From Octopus sinensis (Eukaryota): a stretch of 17,659 nucleotides of DNA. Location: contig NW_021824765.1 in the NCBI RefSeq assembly GCF_006345805.1, forward strand, positions 1 through 17,659, read 5' to 3'. The notes below the pieces were generated by a model, which worked only from the letters and a program-made list of their open reading frames with translations, was not told the DNA's origin and searched no databases. Within the stretch, counting starts at the first letter, position 1. Every line of letters starts with the position of its first letter. A program made the position numbers and the translations under genes. This document shows, piece after piece, positions 1-9,158 of this stretch.

Positions 1-687
1 GAAGCCCCATGAGGGGAGAAGGAATGAATTGTATGTTGAAGGGTTGATTATGGTGAATCGAGACAGCTTCCGGTTGCTCGTTTACAAACAGACGAATGTC
101 CTGTTCAAGTGAAAGATTTTGATGTCTCTGAGGAAGGAAAGACAGTTGTGTGTGAAAAAGCCAATAATGGAAATGTTAAAATATTCGATGAAGACGGCCA
201 GTTGCTATGTCACAGAAATGTTGCAAGTTTAGTTGGTGGTGTGTGTTTACACAAGAATCACACATAATGGCCACGGTTTCCGAAAAGGAAAGAAATATTT
301 CAACTGAATGGAGAAGATTTGCAGACATCTCAAGTTTGGTCGAGTCTCATCCTTATGTGTAATATGGAGAAAAGTGGCGGGATTTACTGGTGTGTACATA
401 ATGAATTGATTGAATGTCATTGCATAAGATTGATGGGGACCAAGTGAACACATTCTGGAATCTGTGTCGTATTAAATCTTGATTCTGGTCTTCGTTTCCC
501 TTCCATACATCTGAAACGAACAAGGAAATATTCAGTATGAATTAATTAATAAATTGGAATACAGAGGAGAGATGGAGAAGGGGGGGGAGAAGAGGTAAAT
601 CAGGTGAAATAATTGGTAAAGGTAGATTAAAGGTGAGATGTTGGTAATTACATAGCAGAGATTAATAATTCAGGAATTGAAATATCA
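1..687 (+). pseudogene. Frameshifted upstream part of beta-propeller (NHL-like) gene copy 1; runs off the window start; the frameshifts may be assembly errors
   Basis: Reads LPVARLQTDECPVQVKDFDVSEEGKTVVCEKANNGNVKIFDEDGQLLCHRNVASLVGGVC from about 67. Frame-corrected it continues ...GVIWRKVAGIYWCVHNELIECHCIKIDGDQVNILESV... It is colinear with 14590-15190. At least 8 small indels relative to copy 2. Confidence 0.75.
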
Positions 688-1752
688 GTGAGGAGACTTC
701 CATATAGGACAGCAATGGTCCCTTTTTCCATTCCTGCATTTAAGGAACCTGTTAATTACGATTTTATGGACATTAGGGACCGGAACAGTAAACTAATTAA
801 GTTAGATGAGAATGTGAGTGTGTTGATGTTTCGAGAAAGTGTCACATTAATCAGAACAACAACAACAACAGTGGACATACTTCAACATGAACAACAACAA
901 CGACCACCACTGGACATATGTCGGTGGACAGAGGAATGTTTCATTGTCGCCTTTGGGAGAGAAATGAGGGTCTTCAACAGGGATCTCCGTCGTTTAAAAA
1001 CCATCAGAACTGAGAAATACTACAACAGGATTTATAAATACAACGACAATCAACTCGTGTGTGGTGGTCATTATATTAGAGACATAACTCAAGAAGAGAG
1101 AGACAAGAAATACAAAAGAATATGGAGAAACAACAAGGATTACTATTTTTGCGATGACCCCGACATCTTTGACCCTTATTATGTGGATGTGGTTGATATC
1201 AAAGATGGGAAATGTAAAGATGAAGTGTATCGTGGGAAGATGGGGAGAGGGGGAAGGTTTGGGGGAGATGAAGGGTTGGTGGATGGTGTGGGAGTCACAT
1301 CTTTTGGTGATGTTGTTGTTTTGAGGTGGAGGGAGATGAAGGAGGAGTGGTATAGAGGGATGGAAGTTTTTTGTTTTGTGGAATGGTTCAGGGAAAAGTC
1401 TTTGGTGAGGAGGATAAGAATAGAAGGAAGAATGTTTTGTCATCCGGATTATTATATTGTAAGACCTCGTCTGACCATAATTGGTGAATGTGTTTATATA
1501 ACAGATAAAAGAAACAATATTTACGAAATACCTGGACATATTGAAGAGGAAACATCTGAAGATGATGAAATCCTGGAATTAGAAGATGATGAAATCCGGG
1601 GATTAAAAGATAATCCAAAATATTTACTCCTCAGACGGGATGATAATGAAGTCTCTGAAGTTCTTGGTTTGGATGTTTCAGACAATTCTTTGATGGTTTT
1701 TGGAATTATTCTTGGACGTCAATCTTTTGCTTTCTTTTATTTTGACAAATAA
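688..1752 (+). CDS. Intact C-terminal beta-propeller (NHL/6-bladed-like) module of an uncharacterised protein; true start lies upstream or at ATG 715
   Basis: Stop-free frame from 637 to TAA at 1750-1752; the track start at 688 is GTG and the first ATG is 715. Repeated blade-like motifs: PLDICRWTEECFIVAFGREMRVFNRD, DGVGVTSFGDVVVL, RLTIIGECVYITDKRNNIYEI, LDVSDNSLMVFG. Paralogous to 15190-15986, which ends with the same SFAFFxFDK*. The fold is inferred from motif pattern. Confidence 0.7.
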   Translation: MRRLPYRTAMVPFSIPAFKEPVNYDFMDIRDRNSKLIKLDENVSVLMFRESVTLIRTTTTTVDILQHEQQQRPPLDICRWTEECFIVAFGREMRVFNRDLRRLKTIRTEKYYNRIYKYNDNQLVCGGHYIRDITQEERDKKYKRIWRNNKDYYFCDDPDIFDPYYVDVVDIKDGKCKDEVYRGKMGRGGRFGGDEGLVDGVGVTSFGDVVVLRWREMKEEWYRGMEVFCFVEWFREKSLVRRIRIEGRMFCHPDYYIVRPRLTIIGECVYITDKRNNIYEIPGHIEEETSEDDEILELEDDEIRGLKDNPKYLLLRRDDNEVSEVLGLDVSDNSLMVFGIILGRQSFAFFYFDK

Positions 1753-1778
1753 ATATTTCCAGAAATATTAAACTTCAA

Positions 1779-1813
1779 TCTTCTTCTTCTTCTTATTGTT
1801 GTTGTTGTTGTTG
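1779..1813. repeat. (TCT)n(GTT)n microsatellite
   Basis: Direct reading; absent from the equivalent position in copy 2. Confidence 0.9.
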
Positions 1814-1817
1814 TAAA

Positions 1818-1871
1818 TGGCTTCGCCCGGGAATCGAACCTGCATCGCATACATTGCATTCTACACACTGA
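1818..1871 (-). other. Degenerate tRNA-derived fragment with A- and B-box-like motifs; not a functional tRNA
   Basis: Minus strand reads TCAGTGTGTAGAATGC...GGTTCGATTCCCGGGCGAAGCCA, resembling the D- and T-arm consensus (TCAGTGGTAGAAT...GGTTCGATTCCCGG). The anticodon arm is shortened and the T-stem does not pair. Confidence 0.5.
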
Positions 1872-1907
1872 CACTTATTGTTGTAACATTCCTCAACACA
1901 CTCTCTT

Positions 1908-2065
1908 TGTGTGTGTGTGTATATTTATATACAGTATATATACATGTGTTTATATATATATACACACATATTTAGGAATGTATGTATAGAAATAAGGCTA
2001 TAAGTATGTATGTTTGTGTGTGTATATATAATATATATATATATATACGCATGCATGTATGTATA
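1908..2065. repeat. Compound (TG)n/(TA)n microsatellite
   Basis: Direct reading. Confidence 0.9.
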
Positions 2066-2125
2066 GGAATGTCTGGTCCGAAAGCAGAGACTTTCATAAT
2101 CATTGATTCTCCATTAAAAGGCAGA

Positions 2126-2262
2126 CGACCACCGCCGCCGTCTCCGTCGTCGTCTCCGCCGTCGTCGTCGTCGTCTCCGCCGTCGTCGTCGTCTCCGCCG
2201 CCGTCGTCGTCATCATCACCATCATCATCGTCATCACCATCGTCATCATCATCGTCATCATC
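2126..2262. repeat. Compound trinucleotide repeat (CCG/TCG grading into TCA/CCA)
   Basis: Direct reading; it explains the poly-S/P ORF at 1982-2314. Confidence 0.9.
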
Positions 2263-2420
2263 AGTGTTGTGTGTGCGTGTGTGCAGTCTGCATCTGACAG
2301 TTTTTAACGTTTAATAAGAATAGATTGTTGTTGTTGTTGTTGTTGCAGTGACATTCCAACTGCACACACGCACAAACATTGCCTTTCGTCCTTGTAGGGT
2401 TGTTGTTGTTGTTGCTGTTG

Positions 2421-2800
2421 GGGGTTCATAAAAAAAGAGAAGGACACTTTAAGAAGCATTCAGTAAAAGCTTTCCCATAGCTGGTCATTTTCCACGCTAG
2501 AAATAGAAACCAATTTATTTTTCATATAAAATTTGAAGGACACTTTAAGAAGCATTCATAAATAAAATTGGCCTGTATATGGTCTCATTTCAGGCTAGAA
2601 AGAGCCACAAAAACCTTCACATTTTTGTTTCATCACAAATAAAAATTGAAGGACAATTTTCAAAGCATCCATGTCAAATATTGTCCTATAGATGGCCTAA
2701 CATCATGCTAGAAATAACAGCCAAATACTCTGAAATTTGTATCGTTTTTCATAAAAAAAGTGAAGGACACTTTAAGAAGCAACTCTAAAAATATTGTCCT
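2421..2800. repeat. Diverged minisatellite, about 4 units of 96-114 bp
   Basis: GAAGGACACTTTAAGAAGCA-like core at 2439, 2535, 2648 and 2762; each intervening segment also carries GCTAGAAA. Confidence 0.8.
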
Positions 2801-3444
2801 GCGGCGGTTTAAGTGTAAAATATTATAAAAGTATGCATCTATGAGTTTTATGTGTTTAAAAAACATAGCAAAGACATGTGTGTATATGTAGGTATATATA
2901 AATATACATGTGTATAAAGGTATTTTGGTATAAAATGGGTATTTTTGAATGAAATTTGGTAGAAATAACTTTCAAACGATGTAGATTACGATTAAAAAGA
3001 AATTTGTTGGCAAAATGTTTTGTAAGGGGTCGGGAAAAAGTGTGTGATTTAAGGGAGATTTGGCTGTTGTTTCTAGCACACCACCCTCCTTGTCTTCTTT
3101 TTTTCTCATTCAATGTTTTTGATGTTTTTCAATATTTTTCCCTCAGAAACACATTTATGTTATAAAAAAATAAAAAGAATATTTTAAAAATCTCTGATTA
3201 TTTTTAGCCCCACTTCCTGGCCCCCGATTCTTTCTCTTTATATAATTGTAAAATATTGGAGAGCCTGAGAAGATTCTTGCTGGGATTTATCCACAGGGAT
3301 TTAAATAAGAGCTTTGTAAAAGAGGATTTCTTTTGAGAGCATCCTTTTCTCTTAGAAAATGAAAGTGGAAGTTTCATTAAAAATATTCATTTTCCTGGAA
3401 GTTATGAGGAAACAAAGTCGATGGGGTGTTCATCTGTAGTTATG

Positions 3445-3450
3445 ACACAG

Positions 3451-3484
<34 letters not shown>
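3445..3484. repeat. (TA)n microsatellite within a TA-rich tract extending to about 3780
   Basis: Direct reading. Confidence 0.9.
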
Positions 3485-3485
<1 letters not shown>

Positions 3486-3795
3486 CTGTAGAAATGTAGG
3501 TGTGTATATATGTATTATATGTATGTGCGTTAGTGTATACATTTATTCATGTATATGTACAAGTTTAAAAAAGAAATATCAAAAGATGTTGGAATATTTG
3601 AGATATTGGATAATTTCCGACTCTATTGTATAGGATTGCCGATACATTTATATAGGAATATAAATATACATCATAATTATACCCACAGGAAAGCAGAATA
3701 TTATACATACATACATATTCATATATAAACTCAGATATATATACATATAATTATACATTATTATACGTAGACTTCTTGCACACACATAAGCATAC

Positions 3796-3825
3796 CTCGT
3801 AGTTAAGACGACGGGTAAAATCCAT
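3796..3825 (-). CDS. Candidate first coding exon (MDFTRRLNYE) of an unidentified minus-strand gene
   Basis: AGC-ATG-G Kozak context at 3825-3823, 10 open codons, then a GAG|GTATGC donor (phase 0) leading into an AT-rich, intron-like tract. It sits at the edge of a CpG-rich patch. Confidence 0.45.
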
Positions 3826-4000
3826 GCTTAAGGGTGTCTGGTGATATTTCGGGTCTGGTATCACACAAACCGCCCAGTCTGGAGTCTCTCTATAACTTCT
3901 GCCGCTTCCCGTCCAATTGTTTCTATTTGTCGCTTAGCAACGCTAATTTGAATGACAAAAACGTGTGGAAAAAGGCGGGAAAACCGAGTGTAAAAAACTG
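3826..4000. promoter_or_regulatory. CpG-rich TATA-less promoter-like region with E2F-like, RFX X-box-like and CCAAT motifs
   Basis: GGCGGGAAAA at 3984-3993 (reverse complement contains TTTCCCGC, the E2F consensus); GTCGCTTAGCAAC at 3929-3941 (X-box-like); CCAAT at 3913-3917; local CpG enrichment in an AT-rich background. Confidence 0.5.
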
Positions 4001-4342
4001 TCTAAATTATTTATTTAAAATCAAAGAGACATTGTCAGCATTTTTATGAATTAAATAATGTTAAATGACATAAAATGTGTCACAATTAAGTCATTAATTA
4101 GGAATTATAATTAATTTGGACGTGAAAAAGAAAGGAAAACTAACGGATGTGTGTATATGTATGTATTTATGTATGTACATAAACAGGTAAATATTTATAT
4201 ATGTAAGTGTGTATGAATATTTACATACGTCTATAGACAGAGAAAGGGGGAGAGAGAGAGAGGAGTATTACACATGTATACACATAAGACGAATGATGTC
4301 TGGGGTGTGTATCGGTGTGTGCGTATACACGCCTGTTTATGT

Positions 4343-4482
4343 TTGTGCGTGTGTGTGTTTATGTGTGATGTTGTGTGTGTGTGTGTATCCGGGAACGTCA
4401 CTTTCTGCCTCTCTCTCTCTGTCTGACTGTCGGATACACACCACACACACAACATTACACATAAATACACACACACGCACAA
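4343..4482. repeat. Inverted repeat of about 50 bp with a 39-bp spacer
   Basis: The left arm 4343-4391 is the near-exact reverse complement of 4431-4482, including the non-microsatellite anchors GTATCCG/CGGATAC, TTTATGTGTGATGTT/AACATTACACATAAA and TTGTGCG/CGCACAA. Confidence 0.85.
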
Positions 4483-5606
4483 CAGAAAATGCCTTCCTTT
4501 TATGCGTTGCATCTCTCCTGAATTCTTACTTGTGCAACCAGTAAACATTTTAAAAAGTTTAGTCAGCATTTAAACCTAGTCTTGTCGACTGCAGTTTTTG
4601 TGCCTCTAGCAACAAACAGCTCTCCTAAGAGATTTCCTATTCCACTTACGAGAGGCGATTCAAGTCTTTCAGAACCAGCTCCCCTGCAATTCTTGACTTC
4701 GTCCCTTGGGGCAGAGATTAGGACTCACCTAAAAGACACAAGTGAACGTCTGGAAACAGCAGTCTATATCTGACCAACTCAGACTGGTTTGCCAGCTCCA
4801 AAAGGCAACGAAAAATGCTCATTTTCTAACAATTCACCCAACAGTGAATCGATATTCTTTACTTAATATCGTCACCTATTTCTTAACGTCTCCATTTTCC
4901 TGGTGTATATTTTATACGCCTGCCGTCTTCTTTCTATCGTTTAAACACAGCAGACACGGCAGAATCGTATCGAAAACTGTTCAGAAGTATTTCAGGAGGA
5001 AAAAGGAAGCAAAGCCACCTCAGTGATCAAAAGCAAAATCTATTCAAACAACCTAAAACATACAAGTCACCATACGACATTATGTGATGTAATATAGTTT
5101 TGTGTATAGAAAGTATTAGATTTGATGTGGACCTTGTTGTTAATGACAACCAGTGTGTTGTATTCTTTTGGTTCGTGGTGAGATAATAAACAACTCACTG
5201 AAGGCATTTTTATGATTCTACCCGTTTCTTTACTTGGCATGTTCACAAACTGTACATGTACAGCGGAGTGATACACACTGTGCGTATCCGCCTTAGACAC
5301 AGTTCATACTGTTTACTAGATGCGCTTAACAAAATAGTACTAATAGTGGGGATGTATTCATATATACGTATATCTACGCATACACATAGATATGAACGTG
5401 TAACATTAATAAACACCCACTTTACAATTATCTAAAGTGTGTATACATTCGTGTGGGAGACACCCTGTATATATTCACGTACAACGGGCTACTTTCAGTT
5501 TCTTAGAAGTTATAATAGAAAATACTTGTTTGTGGTGTCATGCAGTGAAACGCCTGCACCCGTGTGTGTGTGTGTGTTAAATAGTGTCCTTCCTTTTATA
5601 AAAAAA

Positions 5607-5975
5607 CTAGCAGTATCGCCCGGCGTTGCTCGGGTTTGTAGGGGAAATAACTATATACGTATTTTTAGAGAGTTAAAGCCAAAAGATAGCAAAAAATGCA
5701 TAAAAAATGGAAAAAAAATTATGGTAATTTTTTTTTAAATCGTTGACTCATCTTAGACATTTTTAGAGATTTACTTCCCTTATGTTTAAAAATATGCATT
5801 AAAATGGAAAAAAATGATGGTAAATTATTTTTAAAATCGTAGACTCATCGTAAACGCGCGCTAATACCCAGAAAGATACCCGGTTTTGGTTAAACTCACC
5901 GCAAAATGTGGGAGTAGTTAGGAATCTAAATCGGAGTAGACGGACACACAACCTTTCTTTTATATATAAAGAAGA
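5607..5975 (-). mobile_element. Complete non-autonomous Helitron (369 bp)
   Basis: Minus strand: A|TCTTCTTTATATATAAAAG 5' end (5975); 3' hairpin CCCGAGCAACGCCGGG (5634-5619) 8 nt before CTAG|T (5610-5607); inserted between A and T with no TSD. This is canonical Helitron architecture. It contains an internal 98-bp tandem duplication. Confidence 0.85.
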
Positions 5976-6126
5976 TATTGACGGATGGTAGTTCCGTGTA
6001 ACTTTATCAGATAAGGGGAAATACTCTGGTTTTCCACGTGATTTCTATCCCTTGACTAATTCCAATTTGACCGTTTTTTTTTTTGTCTTTCTTGAAATAT
6101 TTTCCATTCGTACATTTGACAGTCTA

Positions 6127-6190
6127 CATCATCATCATCATCACCACAATCATCATCATCATCACCCACCACCACCACTACCATCATCGT
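6127..6190. repeat. (CAT)n/(CAC)n microsatellite
   Basis: Direct reading; it explains the poly-H and poly-I ORFs. Confidence 0.9.
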
Positions 6191-6278
6191 ACTTTAGGTT
6201 CATTTCTTTCGTTGCAAAACTCGTGCTTATTTTTTATTCTTATTCCTGTTTTTGTTTTTTATCATTATTCTCTAAGTC

Positions 6279-6500
6279 AAGGAGGTGAGCTGGCAGAATC
6301 ATTAGCATTCTGGATAAAATGCTTAGCGATATTTCGCTCATCGCTACGTTCTGAGTTCAAATTTCACTGAGGTCGACTTTACCTTTCATTATTTTGGGGT
6401 TGATAAATTAAGTACCAGTTGAGTACTGGGGATCAATGTAATCGACTATGCCCCTCCCACAAATTTCAGGCTTTGTGCCTATAATAGACAGGATCATTAT
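6279..6500 (+). mobile_element. tRNA-derived SINE, octopus type
   Basis: Head GGAGGTGAGCTGGCAGAATC; B-box-like GAGTTCAAATT; body TAAATTAAGTACCAGTTGAGTACTGGGG...CCCCTCCCACAAATTTCAGGC. Homologous to 16874-17065. Confidence 0.8.
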
Positions 6501-7024
6501 TCACTAAGTCCTACATGAAACACAGTTTTATCATCATTAAAATAGAAAGAAGTTTGAAAGAATACATTTACAATGCTAAGTACAGAAGAATTTATTGTAA
6601 AAAATCTTTAGCCAACATCTTAAAGGTATTTAAAAATGGGAAAATAAACTAAAAAGTAACCTAAAGTAATCTCCGTTTAGGTCGTAGATCCCATGCAAGA
6701 GTAACACCAGGCAGGCTTTAAAGGCTGTTTGATATCACTGAATGATATCACACAGCAGTGTAAAAAGAACGGTTGCAAAAATAGATACATCAAACCAAAT
6801 GCTAAAGCATGAAGTCTGTAACATCCTTCGGTTCCTGCAACTGACTCTTCAATAAACATTCGCTTTCTGTTGACCTCTCGTTTGAACCCAGGTGCGTAGG
6901 ACTAGCCTACCTCAGCCGACACAAGAAAACAAACATTCTCTATACTATAAACAATAATGTATGGCCCGGGTAACTATGTACCTCCTCTACTGAAACACAC
7001 CTGTTTCTGTCTCAGTGTAAGCTT

Positions 7025-7425
7025 TCATCATCTGACACAAGATCATCTCCTCCAATGTCCCCTCCCTTCTCAAAGGACCTTTGTCTTTCAAGTCACTTGG
7101 TGGCCCTGCTAGCGCTGGTGCCATGTGAAAAGCATTCAGTCCACACTGTGTAGTGGTTGGCATTTGGAAAGGCATCAAACTGTGAGAACCTTGCCAAAAC
7201 TGACCTCGCCTGTGCTTGTGCCATGTTGAAAAAGGTCCACTCTGCTGGGTGATTGGTTTTAGGAAGGGCATCCAGCCATAAAAACCTTGATAAAACAGAT
7301 AGAGAAGTCTGGTGCCAGCTGCTGCCTGGCCAACTCCTGTCAAACCGTCCAACCCATGCCAGCATGGAAGGCAGATGTTCAATGATTATGATAATGATGA
7401 TGATGACAGCAATGGTGATGATGAT
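7025..7425 (+). mobile_element. 3' portion of an RTE-type retroposon repeat with a (GAT)n tail
   Basis: GGAAGGGCATCCAGCCATAAAAACC...CCAACCCATGCCAGCATGGAAGG followed by (GAT)n; internally duplicated GTGGTTGG...AACCTTG segment; reverse-complement homologue at 17142-17310. The family assignment is from recognition. Confidence 0.7.
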
Positions 7426-7870
7426 GGTTTCCCTTAAACTTGAAATGAAGTGGGACCTGAAGTGCAACCTTAAAACAAATTGTGATTGGTACACCATTTC
7501 ACGTCTTGAAGGCTATGTTATTTTGGGGGATTTTATTTTTTTATATTTGTGACCCAAGAGCAGGAGAAAGCTATGGAGTATCTAATGAACAGACGAGACA
7601 GTGAAACCCTTAAATTGCCAACCAAGATACACAACAGTAAATGTTGACCGTGCAATAACACATGTGATCATCAGCTGCCTGAATGTCATCGAGGGCTTCC
7701 TCCTCCCCCCCCCCCTGTCACATGATGTTTTGGCTACAGCAAGATACAATACCAACCTCAGCAAAGACTGCCGCAGGATAAATATATTCAACACCTCTGC
7801 TAAGAAATACACACACCGACACACATACATATATTTACATAGACAGACAGACAGGTAACTAGAGATACAC

Positions 7871-7873
<3 letters not shown>

Positions 7874-7906
<33 letters not shown>

Positions 7907-7922
7907 TATATATACACATATA
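7874..7922. repeat. (TA)n microsatellite
   Basis: Direct reading. Confidence 0.9.
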
Positions 7923-8050
7923 CACATCTGTATACAATCAGTGGGAAGGAGAACATTTATGGGTAACTGCTTTGAAACCTGCAGCTCCTCTACGTTGATT
8001 ATAAATCCATATTAATTCCAATTATTACTGACATTTTCAGGCATGCTTCA

Positions 8051-8987
8051 GTGTGCCCCATTCCAAATAAAGGCAGCTCGTTTAACCCAATCAAGTATCA
8101 CGCTATGGCTCTCACCTCAAACATCTCCCAGGTAATGAAAACAATGACCTTCTCCAACACGTTGAATCCCTCTCTCAGCCCAGTGACCATTAGCACATCT
8201 TCTCTATACTTGGGGACCAACGGTTTCTTGTCATTCACCAGCCGGATGACATTTCTGAGATGTTCAGTAAAAGCCACGTTGTTACCCCAAGATATCAACA
8301 AAACTTTTGTCCCTGTCTGGGATGTGAATCTCCTACAAAGAAAAAAAAAACAGAAAATTCCTACGTATGGTTTCTACCCATTTCACACCTCTTCAGTCAG
8401 TAGCTTCCAATCAGATCTCACCATTGCAACTTATGTTGATGGAGCTCATTCCATCTCATTCATAATTAACTCTCGTGCACCTCCAGGGGTTTGGTTCTGT
8501 CACATCTTCTCTTCCTTCCATAAGCCAATCACCTGCTTATTGCTAAATCCAACAATGACCATCCTCATGGAGTCAATATAAACTTTCATTCCTCACCAAT
8601 CAGCCTCAACCATTCACCTTGGACCACGTCCAAATAAGGGCTGCTCAACTGATTGGCATTCAACCCCTAAAGAACAGACTCTTTACTCTCCGGCATGTTT
8701 CCATCATGCCTGTGAAGGTCGCTGTTCATGTCTCTCTCCCATTCAGCAACCACAGATCTGCTCCTCTCTCTCACCTCTCTTCAATCCAAACTTCAGTCCT
8801 GGTCTGACCAATCCACGCCGTCCTTCTTTCCTCCCTGAAACATCGAGCCACCGTAATTGTCTTCTCCCTGCTCATATCTTTCTTGCAGGGGTTAGACCAG
8901 AACATTAATGACATGAAACTCAATGGTGTTGGAGGGTCTGCAGAGGCTATGGGCTCTGCCCCGCCTTCCAGACTAAGCAAATAAAAA
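8051..8987 (+). mobile_element. Decayed, 5'-truncated non-LTR retrotransposon ORF2 reverse transcriptase (CR1/L2/jockey-group-like)
   Basis: PIPNKGSSFNPIKYHAMALTSNISQVM resembles PVPKKG..NPSNYRPIALTS..SKVM; QDINKTFVPVW resembles LDISKAFDRVW; INSRAPPG resembles INSGVPQG; LDHVQIRAAQLIG resembles LDRVQxxAxRLI. Ends in AATAAAAA. No YADD segment is recognisable. Confidence 0.8.
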
Positions 8988-9158
8988 CACATACATACAT
9001 GCATAATGTATACACACATATACTTGTATATACATACAGCATCTTTCCATAAATACACACTTTCAGCATCCATTAATACAAATACACATCTACATATCCA
9101 TACACGTAAAAACGTATATAGAGTTTAATACACACACACGCACACATAAACACACACA
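8988..9158. repeat. Compound (TA)/(CA) simple repeat
   Basis: Direct reading. Confidence 0.85.

Noticed and set aside
688-690. GTG as the start of a stand-alone 354-aa gene
   Set aside because: The frame is open from 637, and frame-corrected coding-like sequence continues upstream in both paralogs.
994-1618. Minus-strand ORFs of 181 aa and 76 aa
   Set aside because: Antisense shadows of the plus-strand ORF with low-complexity composition.
688-1752. Naming the gene TRIM2/TRIM3/TRIM71/brat
   Set aside because: No RING, B-box or filamin domain is visible, and the blades are too divergent to assign orthology without a search.
1818-1871. Functional tRNA gene
   Set aside because: No paired T-stem or acceptor stem, and the anticodon arm is truncated.
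2439-2781. CRISPR-like repeat-spacer pattern
   Set aside because: The spacers are homologous to each other (shared GCTAGAAA) and about 75-95 bp long, there are no cas genes, and the context is eukaryotic. It is a diverged minisatellite.
3205-3440. Exon 2 of the MDFTRRLNYE gene
   Set aside because: The best acceptors (TTCCAG, CTACAG) hit a stop within a few to about 18 codons in phase 0; the only longer frame needs a weak AAG acceptor.
6861-6925. tRNA-like head or Helitron 3' end (GGGTTCAAAC and CTAG|T on the minus strand)
   Set aside because: No convincing hairpin or cloverleaf, and no partner terminus.
1982-7956. Many short ORFs (poly-S/P, poly-H, CV/YI/HT-rich)
   Set aside because: Most are translations of microsatellites or retroposon remnants; none shows domain signal.
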